Source: the human T2T-CHM13v2.0 reference genome, Homo sapiens
Length of the DNA stretch: 64,000 bases
NCBI RefSeq assembly: GCF_009914755.1
Contig: NC_060927.1
Strand: one strand, 5' to 3'
The position numbers and the translations under genes are program-made. Within the stretch, counting starts at the first letter, position 1; each line of letters starts with the position of its first letter. The notes under the pieces were generated by a model that saw only the letters and a list, made by a program, of their open reading frames with translations, searched no databases and had not been told where the DNA came from. Shown piece by piece: positions 39,074-52,079 of this stretch.

Positions 39074-39897
39074 TGAAACAGGAAATTTTCCCTGACTCCT
39101 TCATGGGCCTCATGACAGGAGTGCCTTGCTTACTCAGCCCGCAGCTCTCAAACCCTTGTGGGAGGGGGATCACACAGGTGAGCCGGTGCAGGAGGCAGGG
39201 CAAGTGCTTCTGAGCATCAGCAGGAGCAAAACTCAATGCAGGCCCCACAGTAGCTTCTGGAAAGGGAGTACCAGCAATCCCTGAAGCCCCAGAGGGCATG
39301 CGTTACAGTGCGCTCTTTTAGCTCTGGCATCCATATGGACAGCTTAAGTGGTAAACAGCTGAGTGGGCCCTCTGCCTTTTCATGTGAGGCAGTTGCTCTC
39401 TGCCAGCAAGGGCAGAGGGTCAGTGTGACAGCCTTTAGCATCTGCACATGTAGCCCCTGAGCTCTTTTTCTGTGTCCAGGAAAAATCAGGTCACATGAAT
39501 GAATTGAAGGGTGGTTACTGAGGAGGATTTTATTGCCAATGGAAGTGGCTCTCAGTGGGAAGGGGAGCTGGAAAGGGGATGGAGCAGGAAGGTATTCTTC
39601 TCCTGAAGTCCCACCATCAAGCCATCCCTCTGGAGTCAAACTTCTCTCCGGTGTTCAGCTGCTGCTTCTCTTCTCCCCTTCTCTGCTCTCTGCCAGTGAA
39701 ACACAGGGTTTTTTATCGATATAGCATGGAGTGGGGCGGGGTAGGCCAGGAGTAGTTTTGGAAAAAGCAGCATTCTAGTGGGAAGATGGGGATGTAAAGT
39801 TCTCACATGGGGCTGAGGTTCCAGGCTTGAGGGTGTGGCCTTTGCCAGGGACACTGCCCTTTTCCGTCTAGAATTCCTCTGCCTCCTGGCCCTATCA
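39074..39897 (-). mobile_element. ERV1 solo LTR (LTR27 group)
   Basis: TG...CA termini; minus strand starts TGATAGGGCCAGGAGGCAGAGGAATTCT; 4-bp TSD cacg/catg; clearly homologous to 34988-35739. Confidence 0.88.
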
Positions 39898-40039
39898 CAT
39901 GTGGCTGAGATTAAAACAAAATGAAAAGCCAGAGGATAATTGACAGTGTGATCTTTCCTTGATGTTCCACAAAAAAGAAAAGAGAGGAAGGGAGGCTACA
40001 AGCAAAGAACAAGGGGAATGAGGCAGGAAGGAGAAGCAC

Positions 40040-40220
40040 CTAATCTAAGCACTTTGTTTATAGTCATCTTATTTAATGTTCACAAGAACCCTAGAAAATT
40101 GACATTATTATCTTTACATTTTAAGACATAGTTGTTCAGAGAAGCTTGGAGACTTATTCGAGATCTCTCAGTTAATCATTGGATTTAGGATTTGGGTTCA
40201 AGTCCATCCAATCCCAAGAC
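40040..40220 (-). mobile_element. MIR
   Basis: ctaagcacttt...atcttatttaatgttcacaagaacccta...attattatctttacatttta...ggatttgggttcaagtc. Confidence 0.6.
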
Positions 40221-42120
40221 AGTGGCTAATCCTTGAAATAAGTGGTACAAAGACTGAACTATCAATAAATTGCAGCAGGGGAAAAGATGGAACTGAACAT
40301 GTGGAGACCTCCTCCTCTTCTAGTTTCTCCTATAATGTTCTTTCCCTTTCAGGTTCTACCTCCTGATAGTTATAATGGGATTATGGCCTTATATTTTGAG
40401 GAAAAACCTCTAATACTTAAATTGGAGTTTTTAGGGCACACATCTTTGAATATCAGATGGTTGCCTTTAAAATGTTATTTGATAATGTATCTTATGAAAT
40501 TGGTGTATTCTATGAATATATGTACTACCTGCTAAAGTAAGTTATGCAGCACAGTGACTTTTATAAATGTTGAGATGTGTTTCTTGGAAAAACATTTTGT
40601 TTCCTAGGAAAAGAAAATCTCACTGAAAATATTTTCTCCCAACCTATGATGAGCTCCATTCTTTTCAATTGAGCAGACATCCTGCCAGTTTGTGAGAGTG
40701 TGTGCCTGTGGGTACTCAGATCTTTGTATGCATACTTGGGCTAAGAGGCAGAGTAAGGCAGAGGAAGTGGTGACAAGAGACAATGTGGAAAGTGGAAAAT
40801 TGTGAACACCTTCCAGGTATGCTAAATTGAAATATGTGATCTATTCCTTCTGATTAAAACAAAACCAGAATAAAATGCTGTGAATGGAATGATTTAACAC
40901 CTGGCAAGGTAGCTACAACCATACGTTGTGTAAAGGAAGAGAAAATTGTAATTGCCAGTTGAGAATTGAGCCTTTGGATTTTTTTTTTTTTTAACTTTGG
41001 TGTGTCGCATTGACACTTTCCTTTTTTAAAAAAGTAAATCTTAGAATAAGATGTATGATTTCTGGCAGAGTATCTCTTGACATCCACATAAAAATGTTTG
41101 GTAGGATTGGGAACAATGACTAGGAATGACAGAATGGAAAAGAACAGGTTGTGAAATCTTGAGGGTAACTAGTGGCGGGGCCTGTGAGAGGGGCCTGTGA
41201 CAGGGGCCAGGAATTAACCTCTCAAGTCTATTTTCTTATTTGTCAAATTTCTTTAATGCAGTCTGTTTTGATAAAACTATTAAATAAGAGACTTGAGAAA
41301 GCATTTTTGAAAACTGAAAAGAACTGTTCTGTCATTATAAGTTACTTTGCTATTATAATTATTAATGATAAATAGGAATCTAGAATTCGATTGCAAATTT
41401 TAGTTGAGACACCAAAGAGATTCTGTTGTTCAATTAAAAAAATAAATATTTATTGAACATCTACTGTGCCAGGTACCCTGCTAGAATAGTTATACGGTAG
41501 TTCTAATTTTTCCACCTTTTTCCAGACCAAGAATAAATATGCAAATATTGTGCAATGAATAACTGGAAGTAACATTCACATTTTCACTGAAATCTCCCTA
41601 ACAGACTAACGGCTTCATCACTCAGCTTCATGGATATGAACTGATGCTGAAATTGATAAATCACATTACAATTGGCTGTTCTCTGTATCTGAGAGAGTTT
41701 GTAAAAGCAGAATTAATGTTTTTAGATCAAGCAATCCTCTACTAATAATGGTAATAACTCTTTATCTATGGAAGGAATCATATGAGACTTTCCAGGTTGT
41801 TCAGACAGATGAATTCAGCGAACCTTGCCACACTGTGGGGAGGGAGGGCGGGGCATGGAGTTCTGACGGTCCAGTTATCTCAGAGTATTGGAAGTGATGG
41901 ATCAACTCAGAACAGGGAATTAATGTCATAGGAAACTGAGGCTCCAAAACACCATTGGACAATTGGCAAAGCCGATGACTAAAATGGATTAATTTGGTTT
42001 ATCTCCATTTAATCTAGGCTTGAGAACACCCTGTACATCTGTACATAATGTCTATAAAAACAAAGCATTTTGGTTTTCTTATAAGTGCGTACGTGAGAAA
42101 AATAGCCATACAAACCTTAG

Positions 42121-42442
<322 letters not shown>

Positions 42443-42479
42443 CCTTTGGGTGTCTTTTAAAGAATATCCTTTGAAAGAT

Positions 42480-42691
42480 CAGGGTGCCTCAACCTTGGCA
42501 CTGTTGACATTTTGAGCGAGATAATTCTTGATTGCTGCGGGCTGTCCCATGCCTTGTAGGATATTTAGTAACATTCCTGTCCTCTACTCACTAGATGCCA
42601 GCATCAACCCTCAGTCCTGACAATCAGATATGTCTCAAGGCACTGCTGAATATTTTCTGAGAGCAAAACCATTCTGGCTTAAAAACTACTA
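42480..42691. mobile_element. MER20 hAT-Charlie MITE
   Basis: ctcaaccttggcactgttgacattttg...gataattctt...tgtaggatatttag...ctctactcactagatgccag. Confidence 0.88.
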
Positions 42692-42699
42692 CACTAAAT

Positions 42700-43002
42700 C
42701 AGAGGTCCCCAATCCCCGGGCCACAGACCGATACCAGTCCATGGCCTTTAGGAACTAGGCCGCACAGCAGGAGTTAAGCAGCAAGCAAACCAGCATTACT
42801 GCCTGAGCTCCACCTCCTGTCAGATCAGTGGTGGCATTCGATTCTCATAGGAGCACAAACCCTATCATGAGCTGCACATGGAAGGCATCTGGGTTGCATG
42901 TCCTTATGAGAATCTAACTAATGCCTGATGATCTGAGGTGGAACAGTTTCATCCTAAATCCACGAAAGCAGTCTCTGGTCCCAAAAAGGTTGGGGGTTGC
43001 TA
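42700..43002. mobile_element. MER1B-type hAT-Charlie MITE
   Basis: cagaggtccccaatccccgggccacagaccg...gagctccacctcctgtcagatcag...gagaatctaactaatgcctgatgatctgaggtggaacagtttcatcc; 8-bp TSD cactaaat. Confidence 0.9.
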
Positions 43003-43019
43003 CACTAAATGATATAAAT

Positions 43020-43230
43020 GAGTACTATCATGTGTCACACACCCTTTTATGCCCATTTTTATGTGTTAACTCAGTTAATCCTCTTAGCTACGTTTTAAGG
43101 TAGATTCCATTGTTAGCATCCCCATTTTACAGATGAGGAACTGACACAGAGTGGTTAAGTAATTTGCCGAAGTCACCCATCCATAATTTAATCCCTTCAG
43201 CCTGCCTACGGATTCCTATAATCTTAACTG
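43020..43230 (-). mobile_element. MIR
   Basis: catccccattttacagatgaggaactgacacagagtggttaagtaatttgcc. Confidence 0.8.
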
Positions 43231-45739
43231 TTTATTCCTTTTTGTTCTATGTAAGTGGTTTGTGCCTCCTGATGAACCATGCATGTTAATACTTTGAGGA
43301 CTTCTCTTCTAGATGCCTGAGGATTTGTTCTTGATGTGATTTCCAATTTTTAAACTGATTTGGTTTTGATGATGATCTTTGTTTTTTAAAAGCTAGTTAC
43401 ATATTGATCCACAGGGCATGGTGAATCTGTCCTTGGCCCCTTGGCTGTTTGAAATGGGGTAAGCTCTGGGCAAGTTCCTTTGCAACGTCAAGCAAAGGAG
43501 TGCATTGATATAAATGCCAGTGAGTTAATTGGAAACGCTCTCACAGAGGCAAGACAGTGGAAACGCATCTATTTTTGTCCTTGGTCAGCTGTGCTATAGC
43601 TAAAACATTAGGGCCTAATGGCTTCCCATCCTTGTTGTCACGCTCATGGCCTCTTGATCTAGTTTGCCTTCTCATGCTTGCTTTGGTCTTACTCTCGCCT
43701 CCCCTGAAAAAGAGATTATTTTCCGTTACATTATGGCTATTATTTGCTTAATAACCCAAATTCAGGAAGCAGAATAACTTTTAGAACTAAATTCTCCAAA
43801 TCCTGAAAAACCTACTGGCCTTGGAGAATTCAAGAAACCTGGCTAAAGCTCACCAGTCACACAGACAAGGAACATTTCCTAAGCACTAAGTGGAGAGGAA
43901 CAAGGCAGTGTGGGCCGAGCATCTCTGCCGGAGTATATAGTTCATGCTTTCAGTCACAGGAATGCACCTGTGAGAAAATACCTAATACAATTAGGAACCT
44001 AGAATAAGTGTCTTCTTTTCCAAAATCAACTTACTTAGGTGCAAACAATATTTGATTAATCTTTAAAAGGAATTTCAGAGACAAGTCCAACTGCATTTTG
44101 GTAGGAAAAAAAAACTTTACCTTCCCTTTTAAAAGCCTTTTCCAGAGTTTTAGTGAATCGCCTTGTATATAATCTTGACCAGCAGAGGGCTTCCATACCT
44201 GACAAATGATGTCTGAACAGAACAAAAGGGTCACAGAATTTCTCAGTATTTGATATTTGTTTTTCATTCTCCTTGTTTTTCTTCTGTTTTGATTGCCAAA
44301 GTCCTTTCAAGTTGAGTTTTTACTGAACTACAAAATGTTGATTTCCACCCCCCCACCCCACATACTGTATAAGGTATAACCAGATCTTTTTTGTGTATAA
44401 AAAGTAAGGTTAGCACTGTGGAAATGTTTTCTGCTAATTTGGTTATATAAAGGCTATTTCTATAGGAATTGATATTTTGTAGGAATTTACAAATCAAATT
44501 TACAAATTTGATTTACAAATTAAATAGGAATCTGTTCATTGCTAACCCTCATTAAGAGAGAAATATCCTCTTTTTTTTCTGTATATATCACATGAAGCAT
44601 TAGCTTTGCAATACTGTTGGTATTGGCCTCTAGCATAAACTGTTGAGTCATCTTTTCAAGACCTGGTTGCCTAAGAGAACATTTTTATCAACCCACCACT
44701 CTCCATTTTATATTCTAACCCTTTTAACATTCAGAAAACTTTAGATCCTGAAAGCACACCCACGATTGAGAATGGCTGGTGTATGATTATTGTGAACATG
44801 TACAGGCAGACATGTAGATGGTTTGGTGTATGTTGATGCTTATGCATGCCCTGTCCATAAGTTGGTACCCATAAGCCAGTGAAGTTGGGAGTAACGAACC
44901 ATTGACTAATGTGATGATTTTTCAGTGCAGAGGTATGTTTCAGAGATAGGTAGACATGTACCTGAGCAATTGTCTCCTTGCCAGGCATTCTGCACATGCT
45001 TATTGACATCTCCTAAAGGCGATGTCCCCGCTTTCTGTTCTCCCTCAAGGGAGTTATCTAATAGCAGGGCTATTGGGTACCCTCAGGCTGGTGGGAAAGA
45101 TATTTGTGACAGGTTTCTTAGTTCACATCACATAGGCAGATATTCATTTGTACTGTTCTCACCTATGAACTATATATAGTGATTAAAAGTATTGGCAACC
45201 AAAGATACTATGAAGATGAATTGCTTTGGTTCTAAAGATAGAACTGGAACTAAATTCTAGATTTACAGAAACAATAGCCCATGTAATCGATTATCCTTTC
45301 TACATTGGGTGCTAGAAATTTTAGAGTCATGTTTACTAAGGTTCACTTCTGGTTAAGGGCACAGGATCTCATGACATCATCACGTGTGGAGTTCTTATAT
45401 TTTCCCACTTAATTTCTTGTGTTGAGTGTATTTTTGTCAGGTATTTTGTATCTATCTGGGTGCCTAGGAGAGTATAAAAATAAATGTATGGAATTTCCAA
45501 ATCCTGGAATAGAGTGGTCATGCCACAGCAGAACAAAAATGTCAAAATATTTGAAACCAGAAATACATTAATTGAGGTCATTTCGAGGAAGGCTGATGAC
45601 TGTCTCTCAGTCTATGGAAAAAGTAGATAGGCTTTGTCTTCCAGCTTTATGAGTAAAACAGGGTAAAGCTAAAAGAAGAATAGATTTGGAATCAGAGAAC
45701 CATGGTTTTCATCATGGAGAGGTGATATTTTATGACCAT

Positions 45740-45970
45740 GAGGCACATGGGCTCCGGGCCAGATTGTTCATTTGAATTCCAATACTACCCTAAAGGTTGC
45801 TAGATGACCTTCACCAAGTTACTCCTCTGTCCTTCTGTTTTGCCACCTATAAAATACAGAAAAATTTAGTATCTGTCTCACACAGTTATAAGGATTAAAT
45901 GAAATAATACACATGAAATGTTTAGAGGATGCCTGCTACATAATCAAACCTCAAATCCGTTCATTACTAT
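45740..45970 (+). mobile_element. MIR
   Basis: gcacatgggctccgggccaga...tgaccttcaccaagttact...ctataaaat...aggattaaatgaaataatac. Confidence 0.7.
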
Positions 45971-46815
45971 GATAGTCTTGTGGTTCTGTCACTTTTATTG
46001 GAAATGTCACTTTAGCTGAGTCCCAGTTTCCTCATCCCCCTGACCCTCCAGAAAAAAATAATACAACATCATACTCTTCTGGTAAGGAATAAGGGATAAT
46101 TGTGAAAGAATTTGTCATTGCAAAACACTGAAGAAAAGTAACGTGGTATTAGTGTTACATTTTTTGTGCACATCTTAGTTTTGTATTAGAAAAAATATGC
46201 AGGTTTACATGGAAAGTCACATTGGCCTGGTTAGCCTTATTAAAGTAAATAAGTTGGGAAACATATTCAGAAAGTTTAGAAATGCAACTAAAGAGGCACC
46301 TTTATCTTTGAATCTTTTTTTTTTGTTATTTTAGCTTGTTAAATTATTTTTCTTTGGCACTGACCTTTGGCATTTTTAATACTTGATTGTAGAGACATTC
46401 CAAAGGAGAGAGTGGACATGTAACTATTATTGGAATTTGGGAAACTAGAAGGAGGGGGAGGTGAAAGAGACTGTTAGGTCAGCCTAAGGGTAAGATTGAT
46501 GATGACTGGGATGGGGAGTTGTAGGAGATTAACACCTAATTACTTAAAAGAAACAATTTTAACAAATGAAAGAAGGAGGTGAGTATTGGTTTAACACTTG
46601 AGGATTTCTATTCCTATCTGTGTCTTACTATCATTTGTACAATATCAGCAGGTGGCTTGCATTTTGAACCAACCCTTCTCTCTTATTTCCCTGGTGATAT
46701 TTTATGGTTTCCACACCTCAGTGTGTGTTTTTCTTAGCACACTCCTTCGTCTGATTAAGTACAGGAATGTCAAAGGTCATTTCTACCATCATCTGTGTCT
46801 GACCTTGGTTTACAT

Positions 46816-46818
<3 letters not shown>

Positions 46819-46857
<39 letters not shown>
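46819..46857. repeat. (TC)19 microsatellite
   Basis: Perfect TC run. Confidence 0.97.
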
Positions 46858-46860
<3 letters not shown>

Positions 46861-47184
46861 GTCTCTAACAAGAAGCAGAACAGTAAAGACATTGGGCAGA
46901 TGTTTAACAGACCAGGGTGTTGTCTAAAGTATGGGTTCACCCACTTTAAAGAACAGCAACAACAAGATTCACATTAAATTTTTATCTTTCTGGTTATCAG
47001 CATGAATTCTTAAAATATTCTATAGATAACTGTAATATGTTAAAAATCATTCACGTGATCATTATGTCCATTAATTAATAAAGTCCTATACATTTTGACT
47101 GTGTTGAACCACACATCCTGCCCTGAATTCACCATACATTTTCATTTTCCATACTTGGCTCGTCCTGGAAAGCTTTCTATCATG

Positions 47185-47525
47185 GAAGTCACAAACCAGA
47201 TGCCCATATTCAAAATTAAATGTGTCCATGTCTTTTATTTACTTAGTGTAGTTTTATTTACTGATTTGAATTAGATACATATACTTCGAAAGTCAACAAT
47301 TTCACAGAGAAATTTCCATATTATCTTGAAAAATCAGAAGATCTGGCAACTCTGGGCCCGTGGGCTTCCATAGTAATGGCCAGAGCTGCCTTGTGGCTGC
47401 CACTTTGACAGGAGATAAGCTTCTCGTTGGTCACAGTTGGTATCACTCCCATTTGCTTTTCTTCCCTCAGCTAGATTTATTCCCTGAAAGCATCTGTCTC
47501 CTGTAAGATTTGAGCTTATGACCTT
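47185..47525 (+). mobile_element. MER102-type hAT MITE
   Basis: tcttgaaaaatcagaagatctggcaactctgggccc...ggctgccactttgacagg. Confidence 0.75.
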
Positions 47526-48604
47526 GGAGTAGAAGCCAGATTATCTCTCAAGGCTACCTATGTTTGCCCAAGCCTCTGTTTCCCTTAGCGTTGCATTTCT
47601 TCACTACCCCCGCAAATTCTAAGTAGCCGTTTTGTAAATTTGTCTCCTCAACTCAGATGGTCAACTTCTAAGAGTAGAATCCAGTTCCTTCCCTCTTCAT
47701 CTCTGACAGTACCAAGTGTAGTGTTTCTCCGACATGCATGCATCTTTCAGCAGATTTGCCAGGATAGAGAATGAACTGGTTGACTGATAGTAAGAGCCTA
47801 GGAATGAGTTATTACCCTTCCACTGGCCTTTATGAGCTGCTCTGCAGTCGTGTAATTAAGAAGGCATTCACAGTTTGCTTTATAGCACTATCAAAGTTTC
47901 CAAAATGAATAAAATAGCTTCATCATTAATAATTTGGATTCATCATCTTTGACCCAAAGGCATCCCACACTAGAGACTGCAAACATTATTTTAAGCAGTT
48001 TATTGGATTATTGGATGAGTAACTAATGGATTAACAGGTCAAATAAATTAATGGATAAATTGATGTGAACATGTGGTTGAATGACTTTCCAATTGTAATT
48101 GTAACTGTAAAAGGCAGACACCCTAAGGGGGAATTAAGCAGTAGCAACAAACACTATTATCATTAGAGTTTCCGGAAGCAAGCATAACAGACAGGATGTT
48201 TTCTAATGAAACTGTAAAACAATTATAATAGCTCTTTGGAGCTTTGGTGTCTTTTTTGTTTGGTTTGGTTGTTTTCCTAGCGCATCCAAAGGAAGAAGCT
48301 GTGTTTGGAGCATCAGCCAGTTAAAGTATTGTAATTCTTGAAAATAACCATCTACTTGAGGGCCAAAGATGGACAGTAAAGTAGGCAATTAAGCATGTGC
48401 TACATAAATATGTGTAAATCTAATGCCATCTGCCACATTGTCCAAAGTGGACTAGTTGTCTTTATATCTCTACCTCATAAATCAGTTTTAAAGGGCTCCC
48501 TGAGGCAATGTTCCCTGTAATGACTGGGTACAAGATCTTCATTCTTTCGCTAAGACTATAGTTCTCTTGTTTCCCATGACTAAAATAACATACTTTTCTT
48601 TTGG

Positions 48605-49099
48605 GGTTAGAGAATCAGTTAACTTTGCCATGTAATAAACCACCTTAGAAATTAGTGGTGGTTAATAATTAAAATAACCATTTATTTAGCTTATGATTCT
48701 GCTGGACAGTTCTGGGCTGGGATCAGTTGGGCTGATTTTAGCTGGACTACCTCTTGTTTCTGTGGATATTTGACAGGTGACCTGGAGATTGGTTAGTCCC
48801 TTATGGTCTCACTCACATATCGGGTGGGTGGCTATGGTATTATGGGTACATGGATAACATCTCTTTCTCCCATAGCCTAACCCAGACTTGCTCACAGGGT
48901 TCAAGGGGTTCTAAAGACAGGAAGACAGGGCAAGTCCCAATGTGCAAATATTTAAGTTTCTGCCTTACAATTGCTATTGAACCATTGGCCGAAGCAAGTC
49001 ATGTGACTAAGCCCAGAGTCAGTGTGAGTGGGTAGACTACCCAAAGACTTGGATGCAAGGAAACATATGTAAATGAGAGGTCATTACTCTGTCTACCAC
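48605..49099 (-). mobile_element. MLT1-type MaLR LTR
   Basis: taataaaccacc...aataaccatttatttagcttatgattctg...ccattggccgaagcaagtcatgtgactaagcccagagtcagtgtg...tctaccaca. Confidence 0.8.
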
Positions 49100-50215
49100 A
49101 AGGGTTCTTTCAGATTCATATAAATCAATTCACGTTTATTGAATACCTTCTAATGCCAAGTACTTTTCTGGGTAATTTTAGGTACATTTGGTCATCTTTT
49201 TTTTTTCCTTAGAGTAAGACTTTCTACAATCAAGTTACCTGCTAGGCACAGGATAGAAAAATTGTGATTTGTAATTCTGATACAATATTCATTTAGAATC
49301 ATTCACAAAATTTTGAATAAATGGTAAAGCTTCTGAAGTTGTATAAATCTATGTATATAAATATTACATAAATGTAGAAGTGTTTGTATTTGCCAGATGT
49401 TTATGCATGTTTATTTCCCTCTCAATCTAAGTTTTCTTACCTATAAAAAGAATACAGCAAAAGTACCTTCCCTTTACAGCTGTTATGAAAACCAGCAAAA
49501 AGCTAAGCCTAGTGCCCAGCATAAAGAAAGCACCATCTAAATGCTCTGTGAGGGGCATTATTATATAGCCAAAGTGCCTCATGCCACTGCTGTTGCTATT
49601 GTTGTTAAATAATAGTAATGATGTCAGTAACAGCTTATTTCCCAGAAGTGAGATTTTGATTATACAAGAGCCACAAATCTCTCTAGGCCAGCCGTTGTTT
49701 TTCTATAACTTGTCCACCTTTCAGGGGTTGAGCTCAATCTCTGTATAATTTTATGTGAGGTTACTCTGTCTCTTTTATTTATGTGCCATTTCATTTCACC
49801 ATACCAGAGCTTAGATACTTATGTCTTTCTCAATACATCAAATTGCCAAGTAATTTTGTTTTAAGAAGGAGAAGAGAGCTAGACAGTGTGTTGAATTTCA
49901 ATTACTATTTCTTCACTAAGCCTTCTGTGTAATTCCCAATGACTGCAATGAGGCAGGAAGTTCTGCTTCAGAGCTTTGGATAATAGGAGATGTGGAGAAG
50001 ATGTTTCCTCAGAGAGTGGTGTGTCCATTTACACCATTACAGTTTCATTGTTAAATATACTTTTAGCTATGTATTTCCTTCTCCGTCAAACTTTGTGTGT
50101 AGCTGAAGAGCTCTATCTACTACAAAATGCTCAGAGCTGTCAGTTTAATCTTAGATTGGATAGGACACTATATACCACGACCGAATTTTAAAGGAAAAAG
50201 AACGATCACCTAAAA

Positions 50216-50428
50216 CAGGAGTCAACAAACTTTATATAAAGGAGCAGACAGTACATATTTTAGGCTGTGTGGGCTATAAGGTCTCTGATTAAATGACTCA
50301 ACTTTGTTTTTGTAGGCCAAGTAGCCACAGACAACAGATAACTGAATGGCTGTAGCTGTGTTTCAATTAAACTTTATCAAAGCAACAGTGAGCCAGATTT
50401 GGCCTATGGCTGTAGCTTACCCACTGCT
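50216..50428. mobile_element. MER58A hAT MITE
   Basis: caggagtcaacaaacttt...atattttaggctgtgtgggc...gactcaact...ccagatttggcctatggctgtagctt. Confidence 0.85.
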
Positions 50429-50786
50429 GATTTAGAAGGAATTCTACATCTTTTAAGCAATCAGCAAAGCAAAGAACGTGTATTTTCTAAGAAAGTTTGA
50501 GGTGTAGGTATAGCTGTTTGTAGTGGTGAGAACTGAAACCACCGCGAGTATTTCAGCTTCCTCTGGAATGTGGTGCCATCCATAGACATTTTAAGATAAC
50601 CAGACAAGAAGACAATTCTGTCTTCTTTATAATTAGTCCATACTGGGGAGTCTACTCTGTGTGTCTTTTATATTTGAAGACTAGATACTGATAATGGTGC
50701 AGTTAACTGGACTTTTAAATATCAAAGACCGGAAAATGTATCAGATCAACAGTTGCTAATTAAATAAATTCCACCAAGTCATGTAA

Positions 50787-50818
<32 letters not shown>
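50787..50818. repeat. (AC)12 microsatellite with an interrupted extension
   Basis: AC run. Confidence 0.95.
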
Positions 50819-52079
50819 CCCCTCTGCTACCACCTGTAGCATGAGAAAGACACTTCATTTTAGTACTTGGAGAAGACCTAGAGGATAGTCCTTTTAGTTG
50901 GAAAAAAAAATACAGCATTGTGTAAAATGTGTTTTCCTCATTCTTCATGAATACTTTGTGTGGAGTAATTCTAGTTCATAAACTTATATTTCTGACTGCT
51001 TGATTTAAAGACTGCTGTCTTACCTACTCTAAATTCCAAGTCATGAGAATAGAAAGACTTCTAAGGAGCTTGTGGACATTCATGTCAATTGAATAACTTT
51101 CTACTTGATGCTTATACTATTTTCTCTAATGAGTCAGCTCATCAGTTACAATTGTTCTTCTCCTTTCAACTAACTGCTCACCCTGGTACTAGTTCTTCAT
51201 CTTGGTGCTCCCAGTATCATCGTTCTAGTATTCCAATGTACTTTATTATCAGGTTATATGCAGTACAGGAGACATGGATATCACTTTAAATATGGCAAAA
51301 ATAATCAGATCCTAACAGGTGAGATCATATAAATGACATTTCTAATGACATCTATTGAAGGGTTATAATGTGCTAGGTAACATGCCAATTGTCTCCATGC
51401 ATTATATCTTTTAGTTTTCAAAACAAATCTATGAAATGGTTACCATTATTATTCTTATTCAAAAGATGAGGGAGCTGAGGCTAGGAGGTTAGTCATTTAA
51501 TCCTTAGCTATTTACTTTTTCCTTGATGTTTGGACTCTAGATTGATGTTATTTGAAAGAAAACCATGAGAAACAAAATCATATATGTAGTGTTTTGAATA
51601 ATAATTATCCTTAGAAGTTTTTGAAGATAGACATAACTTTAGTAAAAGATTTAGGATAACAGTGTTTTAACTCAAGTAGACCAATACCAGTAATTCGTTA
51701 TTTATCTGATATTGTGAAGTATTCCTTGTAATGATGTTTCTACATTTTTAAAGCTTACTCTTTAAATGCCAAAGCTAAGTTTTTAAAAGAGTGCTGTTTT
51801 AGAAGAGACATTGGTAGCCTTCTAAAAAATGGCAGCACATAGCTGCTTTAAAAAGGACTGACAAAGGAGGTGATTACATGATCAGAGCAGTGGCTTCAGC
51901 TTTCTGGAACAGTAAGGATAATCAACATTTTTATTAGCATAACTTGGGCTTGGTATGCGCTGGCTATTTGGTGTATAAAATACAAAATTTTATCCTATAA
52001 TCCTTCTATGTTGAGATTAAGCAAAATTTTGTGATTCTATGACAAGCATTGGATAGTCTCAATATTATGAATAAATATT

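Noticed and set aside
34988-39897. The two homologous co-oriented LTRs as the ends of one provirus
   Set aside because: They have different subfamily starts, the right one has its own 4-bp TSD (cacg/catg), and the interval contains older repeats with no gag/pol/env similarity.
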